Positions 41,301 through 49,474 of a stretch of 64,000 nucleotides of DNA are shown piece by piece. Each line of letters begins with the position of its first letter. The stretch's first letter is position 1. A program made the position numbers and the translations under genes. This stretch comes from Giardia intestinalis (taxonomy: Eukaryota): NCBI GenBank assembly GCA_000002435.2, contig CM018790.1; one strand, 5' to 3'. The notes below the pieces were generated by a model, which saw nothing but the letters and a program-made list of their open reading frames with translations, made no database searches and was not told the DNA's origin.

Positions 41301-43233
41301 CGTGAAGGTGGGTAAGAAATGTGGCCACGTTATCAGAGTTCTTCGCAGCTGTAACAAGCCACATGATGGAAGAAAGGCCATCGTTTGTAATGCCTAGACG
41401 TCGGCACGCAACTCTGGAGTCTTCTGCACACAGGCGCAGAATGGTTGTTGCAGCCAGCTTGGCATGGGGACTCATATCCGTTCTCTTATGTATTTTGTTT
41501 GCTACCCTAACCAGGACCTCAGAGTTAGCTTCGCCGTCCTCTGCCCCTGAAGCGAAGAACATGCCACCACTTGCTAGGGTAGTCTGGAAGTCATTGTTCT
41601 CCATGGTGAGTCGCTCATTCTCAGAGACTAGCGCACCTCTCTCCTTGGCAAATGCTCCTGTAATCGTTGAAAGCTGCTCTTGGAGCATAGCCATCTCTGC
41701 CATCATTGTCTTTTTCTGCTTTTCTAGGTCTAGTATCTGTAACTCGCCATAGTTCGCCTTCCGCTCTGCCTGTGCAGCTCTGTCACCAACGCGCTCTAGG
41801 TTGCTCTTGAATCTGTTTGCCGTTGCAGCAAGGCGCTTAGTCTTATTTCTTTCGTCCAGGAGCTCAGACTTAATCATATCGAGGGTAAAGGACAGCTGGC
41901 TAACTTGGTCCTGTGCCACATTAAGTCGGCGGGTAAGAATAGTCATATCTCTTGCCTGCATCGTATTTTGGCAGACAAGCTCGTCAATGCGCTTCACTGC
42001 TTCTGTATAGTTCCCTTTCAAAGTAGTCAATCTGATTCTTAAGTCCTGATTTTCGTGCGTTGCTTCCTTGAGGTCCCGTACCGTTACCTGGAGCTTGCTA
42101 TCCAATATGTTCGCTGCCTCTTGGTATGCAGCTAGCTGCGTGGGAGTGCTTTTAATCCTTTTGACATAGTATGCTTTGACTCTACTCAAGGTCTGAAGGA
42201 TTTCGGCTATCTGCCCATTTCTATTGTAATTGGATAGATAATCAAGACATGTATCAAATGCTAGACCAAAAATGTCCATTTCGCTAAGACCTTGTTTGTC
42301 TGAAAAGCTCACAATTTGCTTGTCTAATTCCACACTTGGCAACGGGGTCAGCAGGTTACCAATCTTACAAGCGTCTCCTAGGAGGAAATCGTTTATTTCA
42401 CCGTCATGGTCTTGACTAATTATATCATGATCCGGGGGTTTTGAATTTTGAGCTGCATTAGACCGCAAAAAGTGACTAGTATCTGTAGGCTTAGAAAGAG
42501 CGAGTGAGGTTGGAATAGTGGAATGAGTAATAGGCTGAATGGTAGGGTCAGACTTGTTACTGCTTGTGACTGTATCGAAGTTGCTACCTGGATGACTTGA
42601 ATCTTCTGGTTGAAGAATCTCCGTGGTGAACTTAGTAATATCCTCAATTGGCATGTTGCATTCTCCTAGCTCCAGATCTGCCCCTGTATCGGGCCCAAAG
42701 ACAGGGTCAGTCTGTAGTTGGTCTGTAGTCTGAAGCCTAAAGAAAAGCTGTTCTAGGGTAGCTCGAAGAGTTGCGACTCGATCGCGTGCTAACGGATCCA
42801 AAAGAGCTTCAGTACTTGTTGCATCCGAGCTTTTGCGCTGCTGGGTTAGCTCAAGAAACTCTCGGGGCACATTTTCTTGAGAGCCATCTGGAACCCACTC
42901 TCTTGCCCGCACCCTGCTCTGGAACGACTTTTGTGCAGCAAACATTGAAGAACGTATCACTTCAAGGCCAACTAGGTACTGTGGAGAGGTTGAAGAAGAG
43001 CGTTCAGGAGATGACCCGATTTCTTGCCGATCTGAGCCAGAATTATAATCTGCTACCGAAGATGCGCGTGGCCGCATGCTGGCGTATCGGGCTAGCGGGG
43101 ACGGTACCCGTAGCTCTCCATTTGGAAGCCTCGCCAGAGACGCTAACGGAGGATGTAGTGTCATGCCCTTATGCTGAGATGATTTAGGACGCTTTGGTGG
43201 TGGCTTGGATGGTGGCTTTTGTGCCAGCTCCAT
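35395..43233 (-). CDS. Giant (2612 aa) orphan protein with a basic Pro-rich N-terminus, a central coiled-coil, a long S/T/N-rich disordered middle and an ~800-aa structured C-terminal domain
   Basis: Single uninterrupted ORF, ATG at 43231-43233 (MELAQKPPSKPPPKRPK...). Coiled-coil around ...LKEATHENQDLRIRLTTLKGNYTEAVKRIDEL...QEQLSTITGAF. No enzymatic or known domain motif recognised. Confidence 0.5.
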   Translation of the reverse strand: MELAQKPPSKPPPKRPKSSQHKGMTLHPPLASLARLPNGELRVPSPLARYASMRPRASSVADYNSGSDRQEIGSSPERSSSTSPQYLVGLEVIRSSMFAAQKSFQSRVRAREWVPDGSQENVPREFLELTQQRKSSDATSTEALLDPLARDRVATLRATLEQLFFRLQTTDQLQTDPVFGPDTGADLELGECNMPIEDITKFTTEILQPEDSSHPGSNFDTVTSSNKSDPTIQPITHSTIPTSLALSKPTDTSHFLRSNAAQNSKPPDHDIISQDHDGEINDFLLGDACKIGNLLTPLPSVELDKQIVSFSDKQGLSEMDIFGLAFDTCLDYLSNYNRNGQIAEILQTLSRVKAYYVKRIKSTPTQLAAYQEAANILDSKLQVTVRDLKEATHENQDLRIRLTTLKGNYTEAVKRIDELVCQNTMQARDMTILTRRLNVAQDQVSQLSFTLDMIKSELLDERNKTKRLAATANRFKSNLERVGDRAAQAERKANYGELQILDLEKQKKTMMAEMAMLQEQLSTITGAFAKERGALVSENERLTMENNDFQTTLASGGMFFASGAEDGEANSEVLVRVANKIHKRTDMSPHAKLAATTILRLCAEDSRVACRRLGITNDGLSSIMWLVTAAKNSDNVATFLTHLHGQYSSYFVAKGIAVQTKDSYVMDAKAKRKKKAADAVMDTVRNLRLAAPNEEPSGSAENRIYTSFDNEFTDASAPSTSLLLRKSHNVLLNMHRQLQIYRDKYEHLPMDSDKDFNELQTLLAEYYQGKEYNERSSVTTYDVYQRPSCGDCPSAPCDSDFDHLNQFGSPKGDDALLDNGSGEFLTRSLDKEFASTQLEKRTHHSSTIPSMHPSKTVPARDDQTGARTTAPEKDFLQQGETLPPNLSMESVDFGGQYASSQLIDESTEFFVDAESHEEHLQINSVDIFEETVKAANAKITSIASLATTQEQKDKVILLLQNLLYKSKYNSSILQVFDEYANRLIRDNNQVKELLLQQRNGNDLDASTDKANSPEAVAANETTNGILKLSQVLDNLFDERSPVSDELVQKDNQQASIEVLLDANLSMCTKETINWVVDQIRSKAERARRKKAIKHQTTPRLTATNKRLSNPRALGVSPGRKPLPSACTSARQTQRMGSQGTQLDKDVNGTNHSCEYEQLCEEQNLLTVNGKVNPMDNGEKYLYYKDASGNLCAVKHSIVRSGDGYTLHESRPSSTDRSAHSEGISFQLSPSTQRRLSAKDCPTRGTSSPAIGSIVDLNTIALGSTPPVPDLPSMAPAMLLQSKRVGSPAKSTDSRQSSSRLKSGSPSKRHFYGLSTQDILARVSENIRGKSWSATRPLSSPLNPGYPMQQTNKSEPRLIVQTSDGAISFVDTSSVKKGTSELMSIIEKDNRVLTNDIYYVEGNPTSVVLATFNPDDIPKSLSAAIDRQETILIENNQDTVGKAQIPLTIFFINDSINPLLPPPECIENASAMFLAHPLPQELAGAVKMAIGTATIATQTTPMVLDEIISTGDLLVNDAFSVIEKLFTAMHADPLQMEQTPVQTPADVTRIDSIPIDNDNAIDLTMSRFTNIPLFPDIYMTEQLIPQNDSQANNGGGKVPKDIKQTDDPVTRTSPLLSLLQRSLPTSLPLVTRGLLGPSGITKYSDDNSPDHLPLVQQRNLHNKEQSLLDLKAASERPKTAINTSSPITSYLKSMAKSQFNPDSDVKDTADIATDMESPSAIQQLSPLDGCNLSGSIAQPLDTSLRCTREDMALSMANDDLVDNNSRTYKETVLELLSVSQRHKSLPSQRLRQSIDANKFASETIRQKNNIAEGSLLIESLTPEEARGGRLLLFAQQQSKFNLGPGKESPALTSTTERTALQNRRLENKILNHHIQGQFQPQLSSTTFIKTKQDNTYPQGLALTYSEYLHARGRDSRPSYTVTASHSGHPYLRLHPRHGQNVLFTQCNPLEPPEGPLLQFVGGTFEALVTKFGSFKRHRCTLPHELLELAHSHSDDSQVIYPCILSSNVDLVDDFSSNSSKGEEQSPQNRQATRQKMQKTFEYLVETIKHLPSRTITEEDITKPNDSLTDGFRITAKQFSKTKLLIPRPGDTVLYLRHSALHVRKNESRSIFPTILQLLQELSPHRCELFTIETGSAVDIMHKTYIRIPIANAYLKSSIWTLKLIRAIYSSRINMEESYVTIKEPVEHVLTVSLKDEGRGDHEVELDPVPDGVGGADITKADSTKGTDSRSRSFSFNVVHGGLSRQEAESLPHFLLYYAKNKYGVTAIVTSLLWSLIVSVCYHQYENNEIYLFARFLFGDLDFDFYLTYLDIQRALGGLHRDAVDLVEVPELLQAILPNWSSKRRYSLCESIYSCKLVQRSKQAYTIDIVHLSQMILVAYGGYRRSLFESMTLVWSKISTENFLTEGKFREFCDTCVTLLNFNSVTEVFYAFSVEYKDDTSVIAQLEIGDQPAVESCALADAVHDLSCRRMYYANFIDFYLSYCLGRYAIISSLTLDEVMRGTPAKRNIQLASKVYERLVALSQDIATKKLSSADIEEPKAQKQELVKAIRKVFNHLNLASCDISAYDSQRAIDNMRQGINLLTDCCMDAKSEAASIVLGGGVAALSAFIVRNH

Positions 43234-43267
43234 CAGTGATAAATTAAATTTTCAGTACTAAGTTTAA

Positions 43268-43921
43268 CTAGCGCAGAACAGCCACTGCCTCCACAATAGG
43301 TGATCTACAAAGTGGACAAGTGCGTAGTTGTGATGCAATGAAACACTGCTCGCAGACAATAAAGTGTCTGCATGGAAGATACACTATCTCTCGCGGTCTG
43401 TCTAAGCAGATAACACAGGTGTCTATATTGGTAAAAGATTGATTAGTGGTGTGATTGGAAGCTGTACTCTTCTCAAGGTATGTTCTATTCTGCTGTATTA
43501 CATTTTGCTGAAGCTTAGCATTCCAATTCCTTACCTGTTCCAGCTCTGCCTTTGTGTCCAGTAGCTCCGCAAGGAGCGCCAACTGATAGTCCAGATTTGT
43601 GCCTATCTGCAAGCTTAGGTCCTTGTCGTCTTCATCCTTGATGGTCCTTACTTTACGCGGAGGGTCCCGTAGGCAGTCAATAGCCTGGAGAAACCCTATG
43701 CTTTCCGCCAAGAACATAGGTGATATTCCGGCCGGGGTCAAGTAGGCCCTTTCATAGGGAGCCAAGATAACTGTGCACTCTAGCTTTCTACTCAAGATAG
43801 CCCTGTGAAGTGCCGCATATCCGTCAGCATCGCGCGTGCCAGCATATTGAGCTGCATGCTGTACTATCAGATCCAAATCGTTCTCCTCCACCGCCTTAAA
43901 AAGGATGTTTTGTGGTTCCAT
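43268..43921 (-). CDS. Ankyrin-repeat, coiled-coil, C-terminal RING-finger (C3HC4) E3 ubiquitin ligase-like protein
   Basis: One ankyrin repeat (DADGYAALHRAILSRKLECTVIL), a coiled-coil, and a C-terminal RING (CVICLDRPREIVYLPCRHFIVCEQCFIASQLRTCPLCRSPI). Its stop lies 35 nt upstream of the giant gene's ATG. Confidence 0.65.
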   Translation of the reverse strand: MEPQNILFKAVEENDLDLIVQHAAQYAGTRDADGYAALHRAILSRKLECTVILAPYERAYLTPAGISPMFLAESIGFLQAIDCLRDPPRKVRTIKDEDDKDLSLQIGTNLDYQLALLAELLDTKAELEQVRNWNAKLQQNVIQQNRTYLEKSTASNHTTNQSFTNIDTCVICLDRPREIVYLPCRHFIVCEQCFIASQLRTCPLCRSPIVEAVAVLR

Positions 43922-44146
43922 AGCTATCAGGCTTTACCAGGATTATTTATACTCAATCTTTATACTCAGTCGTTGCTCCGAGTCTCGGACGATCTCAATT
44001 GAAAAGTGATGACAACACGATTGACTTAGAGGTAGTCTTGCCAGAAATAGCACAGTAAAACGGGGAGTAAGCAGAAAATGGAAGTTATTTACAACACACA
44101 CTTCAGGCAGAGAAGTCAAGGGATATGTGTAAACGGAATGCTAATG

Positions 44147-44659
44147 CTAATTGGTGCTGACAGGCGTACCTTCGTTAGCTAGCGCCTGCGGAAGAAGCTC
44201 TCGTATGTTTGCAAACTTAACATTGATTAAATTGACTGCGGAGGCAGTTTTCATGGAGTTATTCCACAGGATTAAAGTCTGCACGTTGGACGGATCTGTG
44301 AGATCGGGGACAGTATAGGTGCCGTGCGCTATTGTGTCGAGGAGCTCCTTCTCCTTCGCTGCCATGGCCATAGCAGCCACGGGTGACTTCTTCTTCTCAA
44401 GGAGAACAGGAAGGATCTCTGTCGAGTAGTAGTAAATTATGTAGTCTAGTGCCATCTTGCGAAGCTCTTCTCCAGTGTATTTGTTTCTATCCAAGTCTTT
44501 TCGCAGATGGTCTTGAAACCAACGTAGCTTCAAGAGGACTGGCTGACGCGTGGCAGATCTGTGCTCGAGTTTCTTCGCTGTAACCCGCTTGTCCCGCAGC
44601 ATCTTACCCGCCTCGTATGCAACCTGCCGTGATTTGGGGTGGACAAACTTCTTAGGCAT
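44147..44659 (-). CDS. Translation machinery-associated protein 16 (TMA16)-like
   Basis: MPKKFVHPKSRQ...KLRWFQDHL parallels TMA16 (MPKAPKGK...IHPYSRKA...KLQWFQNHL). 170 aa, ATG at 44657-44659. Confidence 0.5.
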   Translation of the reverse strand: MPKKFVHPKSRQVAYEAGKMLRDKRVTAKKLEHRSATRQPVLLKLRWFQDHLRKDLDRNKYTGEELRKMALDYIIYYYSTEILPVLLEKKKSPVAAMAMAAKEKELLDTIAHGTYTVPDLTDPSNVQTLILWNNSMKTASAVNLINVKFANIRELLPQALANEGTPVSTN

Positions 44660-44672
44660 TGAATGTTTTATT

Positions 44673-46031
44673 TCATTTACTCCTCGAAAGTGTCCCCCGC
44701 TCCAATCTCATTTGAACTGACGTCCCATCTTTTCCTAAAAGAGTAAGCTGCTTACCAGTTCCGTCCCAGTCAATTCTAGTGGGGTGTAGATCCTCAAGGT
44801 GGTATCGCAGAAGGGGTCCAAATTTGTAAGGGAGCTGGCAAATATCGGAGAGCAGAAGAGTAGATTGGTTCGGTAGGTACGTCGCTAGCAACCTTCCATC
44901 TGGATTAACCCCCAGCAATTCTCCCTCGTAGGAAAAGCTCAATGTAGGCGAGAGTGGCTGAGTCTGTAAGAGAGAGGTTACTGAGGCAGAAATGGAAAAG
45001 CTGATATTACCAAGATGATCCAGATGATCGATCTCTACTGGCGTTAACACAAGCATGTCCTGGGATCTCGCATAGATGCAGGAGCCATATGGATGGACAT
45101 GGAACACTTCGGAAGAAACTGTCAGCACTCTCGGAGGAGTGTCTAGGTTAAGAGCCGTAAGTATGTCCTGAAGAATAAGTGTGGAGTCTTGCGCGCTATA
45201 GATGTGGTTACATTGCACAAAGAGTAGTGCTGTGCCGTTGATGGATAAGTGTGTTCCACTCACTTCCAAATAGAGTTTAGATGAAACAGCTATGAAATTA
45301 ACAGGCACTCGATCGCTATTTCCATGAGGTATTTGATAAACGGGCCAGATGCGGTCTAGCTTGATACTGATAGATGGCTTTTGTTCGATAGAAAGCAAGC
45401 TAAAAATGGGGTTCTCTGAGAACATTAGGTGTTTGCGGAGCCTACTTCGGAGCTCTTCTAATGAACCCGAGCTTAACTGGACCGTTGGAGGCAGGGGCAG
45501 TGACGCCCTGATTGCCACAAGTTGTGGGGTATGTCGCTGAATTAGCTCTAATATCTTTGTTGGTGAAGAGGTAGTGGGGCTGGCAACATGCAGATGGGAG
45601 GCTGCGGCTTGATGGCTCGATGTAGCGTCTGGAATATCTGAAGAACACTTTTCCGCCAATTGTTTGCGCAGTCCGTAGTTATCGCTCGCCAGAGAAGACA
45701 CTAGAGATCCAAAGTAATCCAAGACCCCTGAGAGTGCAGAAATGCGCACCTGCTCTAGACTCTCCTCACTGTGAGTGGGTCCATTCTTGAGTGGAATACA
45801 TGCTTCAGGAAGAAGCTCATGGCCGGAGATGCAATTAGCTCGGTCTGCAATACGCTTCTTAGCTACTGACTCTTCGTACACGGCACCACACACAGTGCAC
45901 ACTACCGGGAAGCGGCAGGGGAGGCCAGAAACAGAGCAGAACAGCATTAAAAACCATCTATTTGCTTGAAAGTAGACAGCGAAGACACCAGCCAGAAGGC
46001 TGAAACAGTTATAGTTCATCATTGTATGCAT
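44673..46031 (-). CDS. Hypothetical protein with N-terminal hydrophobic segment and Cys cluster
   Basis: 452 aa, ATG at 46029-46031. The N-terminus is hydrophobic (FSLLAGVFAVYF...LMLFCSVSGLPC). No family recognised. Confidence 0.4.
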   Translation of the reverse strand: MHTMMNYNCFSLLAGVFAVYFQANRWFLMLFCSVSGLPCRFPVVCTVCGAVYEESVAKKRIADRANCISGHELLPEACIPLKNGPTHSEESLEQVRISALSGVLDYFGSLVSSLASDNYGLRKQLAEKCSSDIPDATSSHQAAASHLHVASPTTSSPTKILELIQRHTPQLVAIRASLPLPPTVQLSSGSLEELRSRLRKHLMFSENPIFSLLSIEQKPSISIKLDRIWPVYQIPHGNSDRVPVNFIAVSSKLYLEVSGTHLSINGTALLFVQCNHIYSAQDSTLILQDILTALNLDTPPRVLTVSSEVFHVHPYGSCIYARSQDMLVLTPVEIDHLDHLGNISFSISASVTSLLQTQPLSPTLSFSYEGELLGVNPDGRLLATYLPNQSTLLLSDICQLPYKFGPLLRYHLEDLHPTRIDWDGTGKQLTLLGKDGTSVQMRLERGTLSRSK

Positions 46032-46113
46032 GAAGGCTATGAAGCATTTCGTCCAGGCAATTCAGCAGGCCTATTGGTTCTGCTGCAGAGCCAAATAAAA
46101 TCATTGGGCTCAA

Positions 46114-47631
46114 ATGCCGAGAAGTCTCGTTTATACAGACTTTTCCTACCTATACTCAGGCCCACTTGGTCCAGTCTTCAAAGCCAAGAGAACACATGAC
46201 GGAATGACAGTGCTTTTACGTACCATTTCTTTATCAGAGACACACCGTCTCCTTTGGCCAAGCTATCGAGATGCCGCAAGCCACTGTCTCCACTACCATC
46301 ATCCTAGCATCGCCGTCACTAGTGCTGTATACTTAGATGAGCAAGGCCATCGGTTTCTGACAGAATTTTCAGATCCGTCTGTGTTTACTGAGTTTCCTCT
46401 TCAACTGCTCTGTGAGGCTAATACAAAGCCACTAAATATGTATATTGCGTGGGACATTATCCGCCAGATAACCATGGTCCTTGATTGGCTCCACAACCCT
46501 CCGCCGGGCACCCAGCACAAGCCTGGATTTCATGGTCATTTGTCCCCAGCAAACATTACGTACTGTCTTCTCACAAAGAAGGCTACCATCTACGACGTGG
46601 GATTTTCAATAGTTCCTGGCCCAATGGCCTCCATGGCCGCTGAGTCAGCAGTCCAGATTCATGACGATCGCTTCAAAATTGGTACTCCAGCCGATATGTA
46701 TGCTCTCGGATGTATTATTTCACTCTTAGTAACCCATGTTGATAAGACTAACTCCAATTTTCTGCAGGAAATGATTTCTCTAAAGAAGGCATGTCAGCAT
46801 CCCTGCAATCACGCTCTAATTTCGTTTGGCTATATAATATCAATGTCACAGCACTATATGAATTGCTGCTCGCTTAAGTTTTCAAAGTCAATCGATGAGT
46901 TAACAAAGTCGTTCTTTTTCTCTCCCAAAGACGACCCAACACTCGATGACCGTTTCCAACAGGCCATTGAGGATAATGATTATGAGAGGATATTGGCTAT
47001 TCTGGAAGAAAGCACCCAGAGACAACTTCCTCTCTACGTTCACGTGGCTCGCTCAGCAACTCCTGTTTCGGGAAAGACACCGCTGATGATTGCCGCTGAT
47101 AGAGGAAACGTAGAAGAGATCAAGAAGCAATTCCAGTATCTAGGCCAATCGTATGAAGGTGATACGGCCCTAATGCTTGCGGCCAAACGAGGACATGCAG
47201 ACTGTATCCGTGTTCTGCTGGGGGAACTGGGAATTACTGATTCTAGTGGGTTCACTGCCTTGATGAAGGCAGCAGATCAGCCAGTCGCGCAAAACGCAAT
47301 AGACAGCGGCCTTATATACTTGCTTCCTGAGGCTCGCATGCACGCGCCAAGCGGTTGGACGGCGATGATGTTTGCGTCTAGCGAAGGAAATACATCCTTA
47401 GTCAGTGCTCTAGTGAGCCGAGAGGCTGGAATGCGTAATAGAGATGGCCGTACAGCTTTAATGTATGCAGCGTTTAATGGTCATGACCAAACAGTCAAAG
47501 TCCTCTTGGCAGCAGAGTCCAACCTTGTGGATAGCAAAAGAAAGCGGGCCATAGACTATGCTGTGGAGCAAAACAATATTAAATGTGTTCGAGTGTTGCT
47601 TGGGCGCGAGGTTTTAGTTAATGTGAGTTAA
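46114..47631 (+). CDS. NEK-like pseudokinase with C-terminal ankyrin repeats
   Basis: Degenerate kinase domain: catalytic loop HGHLSPANI in place of HRDLKPxN, DVGFS in place of DFG, and no GxGxxG loop. It is followed by at least five ankyrin repeats (GKTPLMIAADRGN..., GDTALMLAAKRGH..., GFTALMKAA..., GWTAMMFASSEGN..., GRTALMYAAFNGH...). ATG at 46114. Confidence 0.65.
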   Translation: MPRSLVYTDFSYLYSGPLGPVFKAKRTHDGMTVLLRTISLSETHRLLWPSYRDAASHCLHYHHPSIAVTSAVYLDEQGHRFLTEFSDPSVFTEFPLQLLCEANTKPLNMYIAWDIIRQITMVLDWLHNPPPGTQHKPGFHGHLSPANITYCLLTKKATIYDVGFSIVPGPMASMAAESAVQIHDDRFKIGTPADMYALGCIISLLVTHVDKTNSNFLQEMISLKKACQHPCNHALISFGYIISMSQHYMNCCSLKFSKSIDELTKSFFFSPKDDPTLDDRFQQAIEDNDYERILAILEESTQRQLPLYVHVARSATPVSGKTPLMIAADRGNVEEIKKQFQYLGQSYEGDTALMLAAKRGHADCIRVLLGELGITDSSGFTALMKAADQPVAQNAIDSGLIYLLPEARMHAPSGWTAMMFASSEGNTSLVSALVSREAGMRNRDGRTALMYAAFNGHDQTVKVLLAAESNLVDSKRKRAIDYAVEQNNIKCVRVLLGREVLVNVS

Positions 47632-47769
47632 AGAAGATACAGTAAATACATAGCAGCCTGACTCTTGCGTAGGTCTGATGTAGGGCTCGAGTCTCTCCGG
47701 AGAACTCTAACTGAATGACATAACCGACTCAAAATTAAAATTATAACCATTAATCGTGGCCAAGAGCCC

Positions 47770-48810
47770 ATGAGCGCCTCTACATCGCATCCTGAGGACG
47801 GCTTCGTCAGGACACCGCTGGAACTGCGCTCAAAAAAATCTGAATCTATCAGCACGTTGAAGGTGTTCAATTCAGACCGTGTTGCTTCTCCAGTGGATGT
47901 AGAAGATATCTTTACCGATAAGAGCATTGTGCCTGCTGCCAAGAAAGGCAGACTTCTATGCATACCTACCGATACCGAAATTTCCCATCGTAACAAGCAC
48001 GTCACAGCATTCGGGGACAAGCCTTCCGATAACCAGCTCTTAAACGTCCCTGTCTTTGAATTCAGCGACGAAGACAAGGATCTTCCAGAGCTTGAATTGT
48101 CAAAGGTTAAGGTTACCACAAAGATTGACCAGTTTGATCGCAACGAGAAGCTGACAGGTCTAAAGTCAACATACGACTTTAACTCCTACACAATAGATGT
48201 ATCCTCGAAGAAAAGCAAACCAAAAGATTCAGGCGGATTCGATAGCGTCAGAAAACAGCGGCCCAATGTTTCAGCTACCTCATCGCCTCAGTCTAAGGTA
48301 CCCACCTACAAAGTCGGCGACTACATACCGAGGGCTGTGAGAGAGCAGCTTAAAAGTTCTCAGAAGCCGAGCTCTCCTTCGGTGACTACCCCTGAGGTCA
48401 TCACTCCAGTAATTGATACTACAGGAGATACGAGTGATGCAGTCTCTACTGCGTTAAGTGCCAATGAACCCGTTGAGTTCACTATCCAGAACGAAACACA
48501 GTTTCAGCAACTCTTTAAGCCTCAGATTTCTATGGCGTTTACTACTAAACAACAAGCTTTATCAATATCTACATCTAATCTCGAAGCATCTAACAAGACC
48601 ATTAGTATATTAACGAACAATCATTCATGTCCGAGTAACATTTGGACCACCCACCAAGCCAGTGCATGCCCTGTCAGTTTTTCTGATGCGCCCATGTGTA
48701 ACACAAACGCATCTAGTGACAATCAACCACGCCACATTGAATTACAGCCCGGGGATACTGGTTTCATACTGAGTCATTATGCTGCCACTGTACAATCAGA
48801 CAAAGCTTAA
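47770..48810 (+). CDS. Hypothetical S/T-rich protein
   Basis: 346 aa, ATG at 47770. Low complexity, no domain recognised. Confidence 0.4.
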   Translation: MSASTSHPEDGFVRTPLELRSKKSESISTLKVFNSDRVASPVDVEDIFTDKSIVPAAKKGRLLCIPTDTEISHRNKHVTAFGDKPSDNQLLNVPVFEFSDEDKDLPELELSKVKVTTKIDQFDRNEKLTGLKSTYDFNSYTIDVSSKKSKPKDSGGFDSVRKQRPNVSATSSPQSKVPTYKVGDYIPRAVREQLKSSQKPSSPSVTTPEVITPVIDTTGDTSDAVSTALSANEPVEFTIQNETQFQQLFKPQISMAFTTKQQALSISTSNLEASNKTISILTNNHSCPSNIWTTHQASACPVSFSDAPMCNTNASSDNQPRHIELQPGDTGFILSHYAATVQSDKA

Positions 48811-49033
48811 GTCTGATACTTTAATATAATAAGCAGTCTATCATAGATTTGTTGCTTTTTAAGAATTTAATCAATTAATTATACAGCTGTACTAGTGGCA
48901 GGAGGATGGGAATACCTCATTATTTCTGCGTTGAAAGTTTTTAGATTCGTTTGATGACCCTCAATCTCTTTTCCCTACAAATTATGTATCTCTGAATATA
49001 GCTATCAATGAGTGAATTTTTAGATGTGACCCA

Positions 49034-49474
49034 ATGGTCCTGTTTAACATATGCGGCTGCAAGGGGAGTCAGAGGTCACAGTCTCAAACACAATACTCAC
49101 ACATCGTATTGGACGACAGTCTGTCGGACTACCCGTTCGACACCAGCAACAAGCTTGTCGGGGCGAGCAGGGCTCTCGACGCCGACGCCGCCTCGACGGT
49201 TGTCGTCAACGAAAGGCTGACGTCCATCGAGGCCAGAACCCTGTTGGGGCGGGTGCACACCATGGAGCTTCTGCTTGACCAGTCGGCCCACACGATTGGG
49301 GAGCTGCGCCGCGAAAACGCCAGGCTGCAGCGGGTCATCCTGTCCACAGACGCATCAACGCAGAAGATCAGGCAGAGGGAGGTCCCCAAGCAATGCGCAG
49401 CGGAGAGCATATCAGGGAAATTCACTCCAGAACTGCCACAAAGCCCTATTCGTATGCTCCCTCTTTCCTACTGA
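49034..49474 (+). CDS. Small hypothetical coiled-coil protein encoded with strongly GC3-biased codons
   Basis: ATG at 49034. The central ~70 codons are almost all G/C-ending (GAC ACC AGC AAC AAG CTT GTC GGG GCG AGC ...). Predicted helical/coiled-coil (ELLLDQSAHTIGELRRENARLQRVIL). Its 3' end overlaps the convergent ankyrin gene by ~7 nt. Confidence 0.45.
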   Translation: MVLFNICGCKGSQRSQSQTQYSHIVLDDSLSDYPFDTSNKLVGASRALDADAASTVVVNERLTSIEARTLLGRVHTMELLLDQSAHTIGELRRENARLQRVILSTDASTQKIRQREVPKQCAAESISGKFTPELPQSPIRMLPLSY

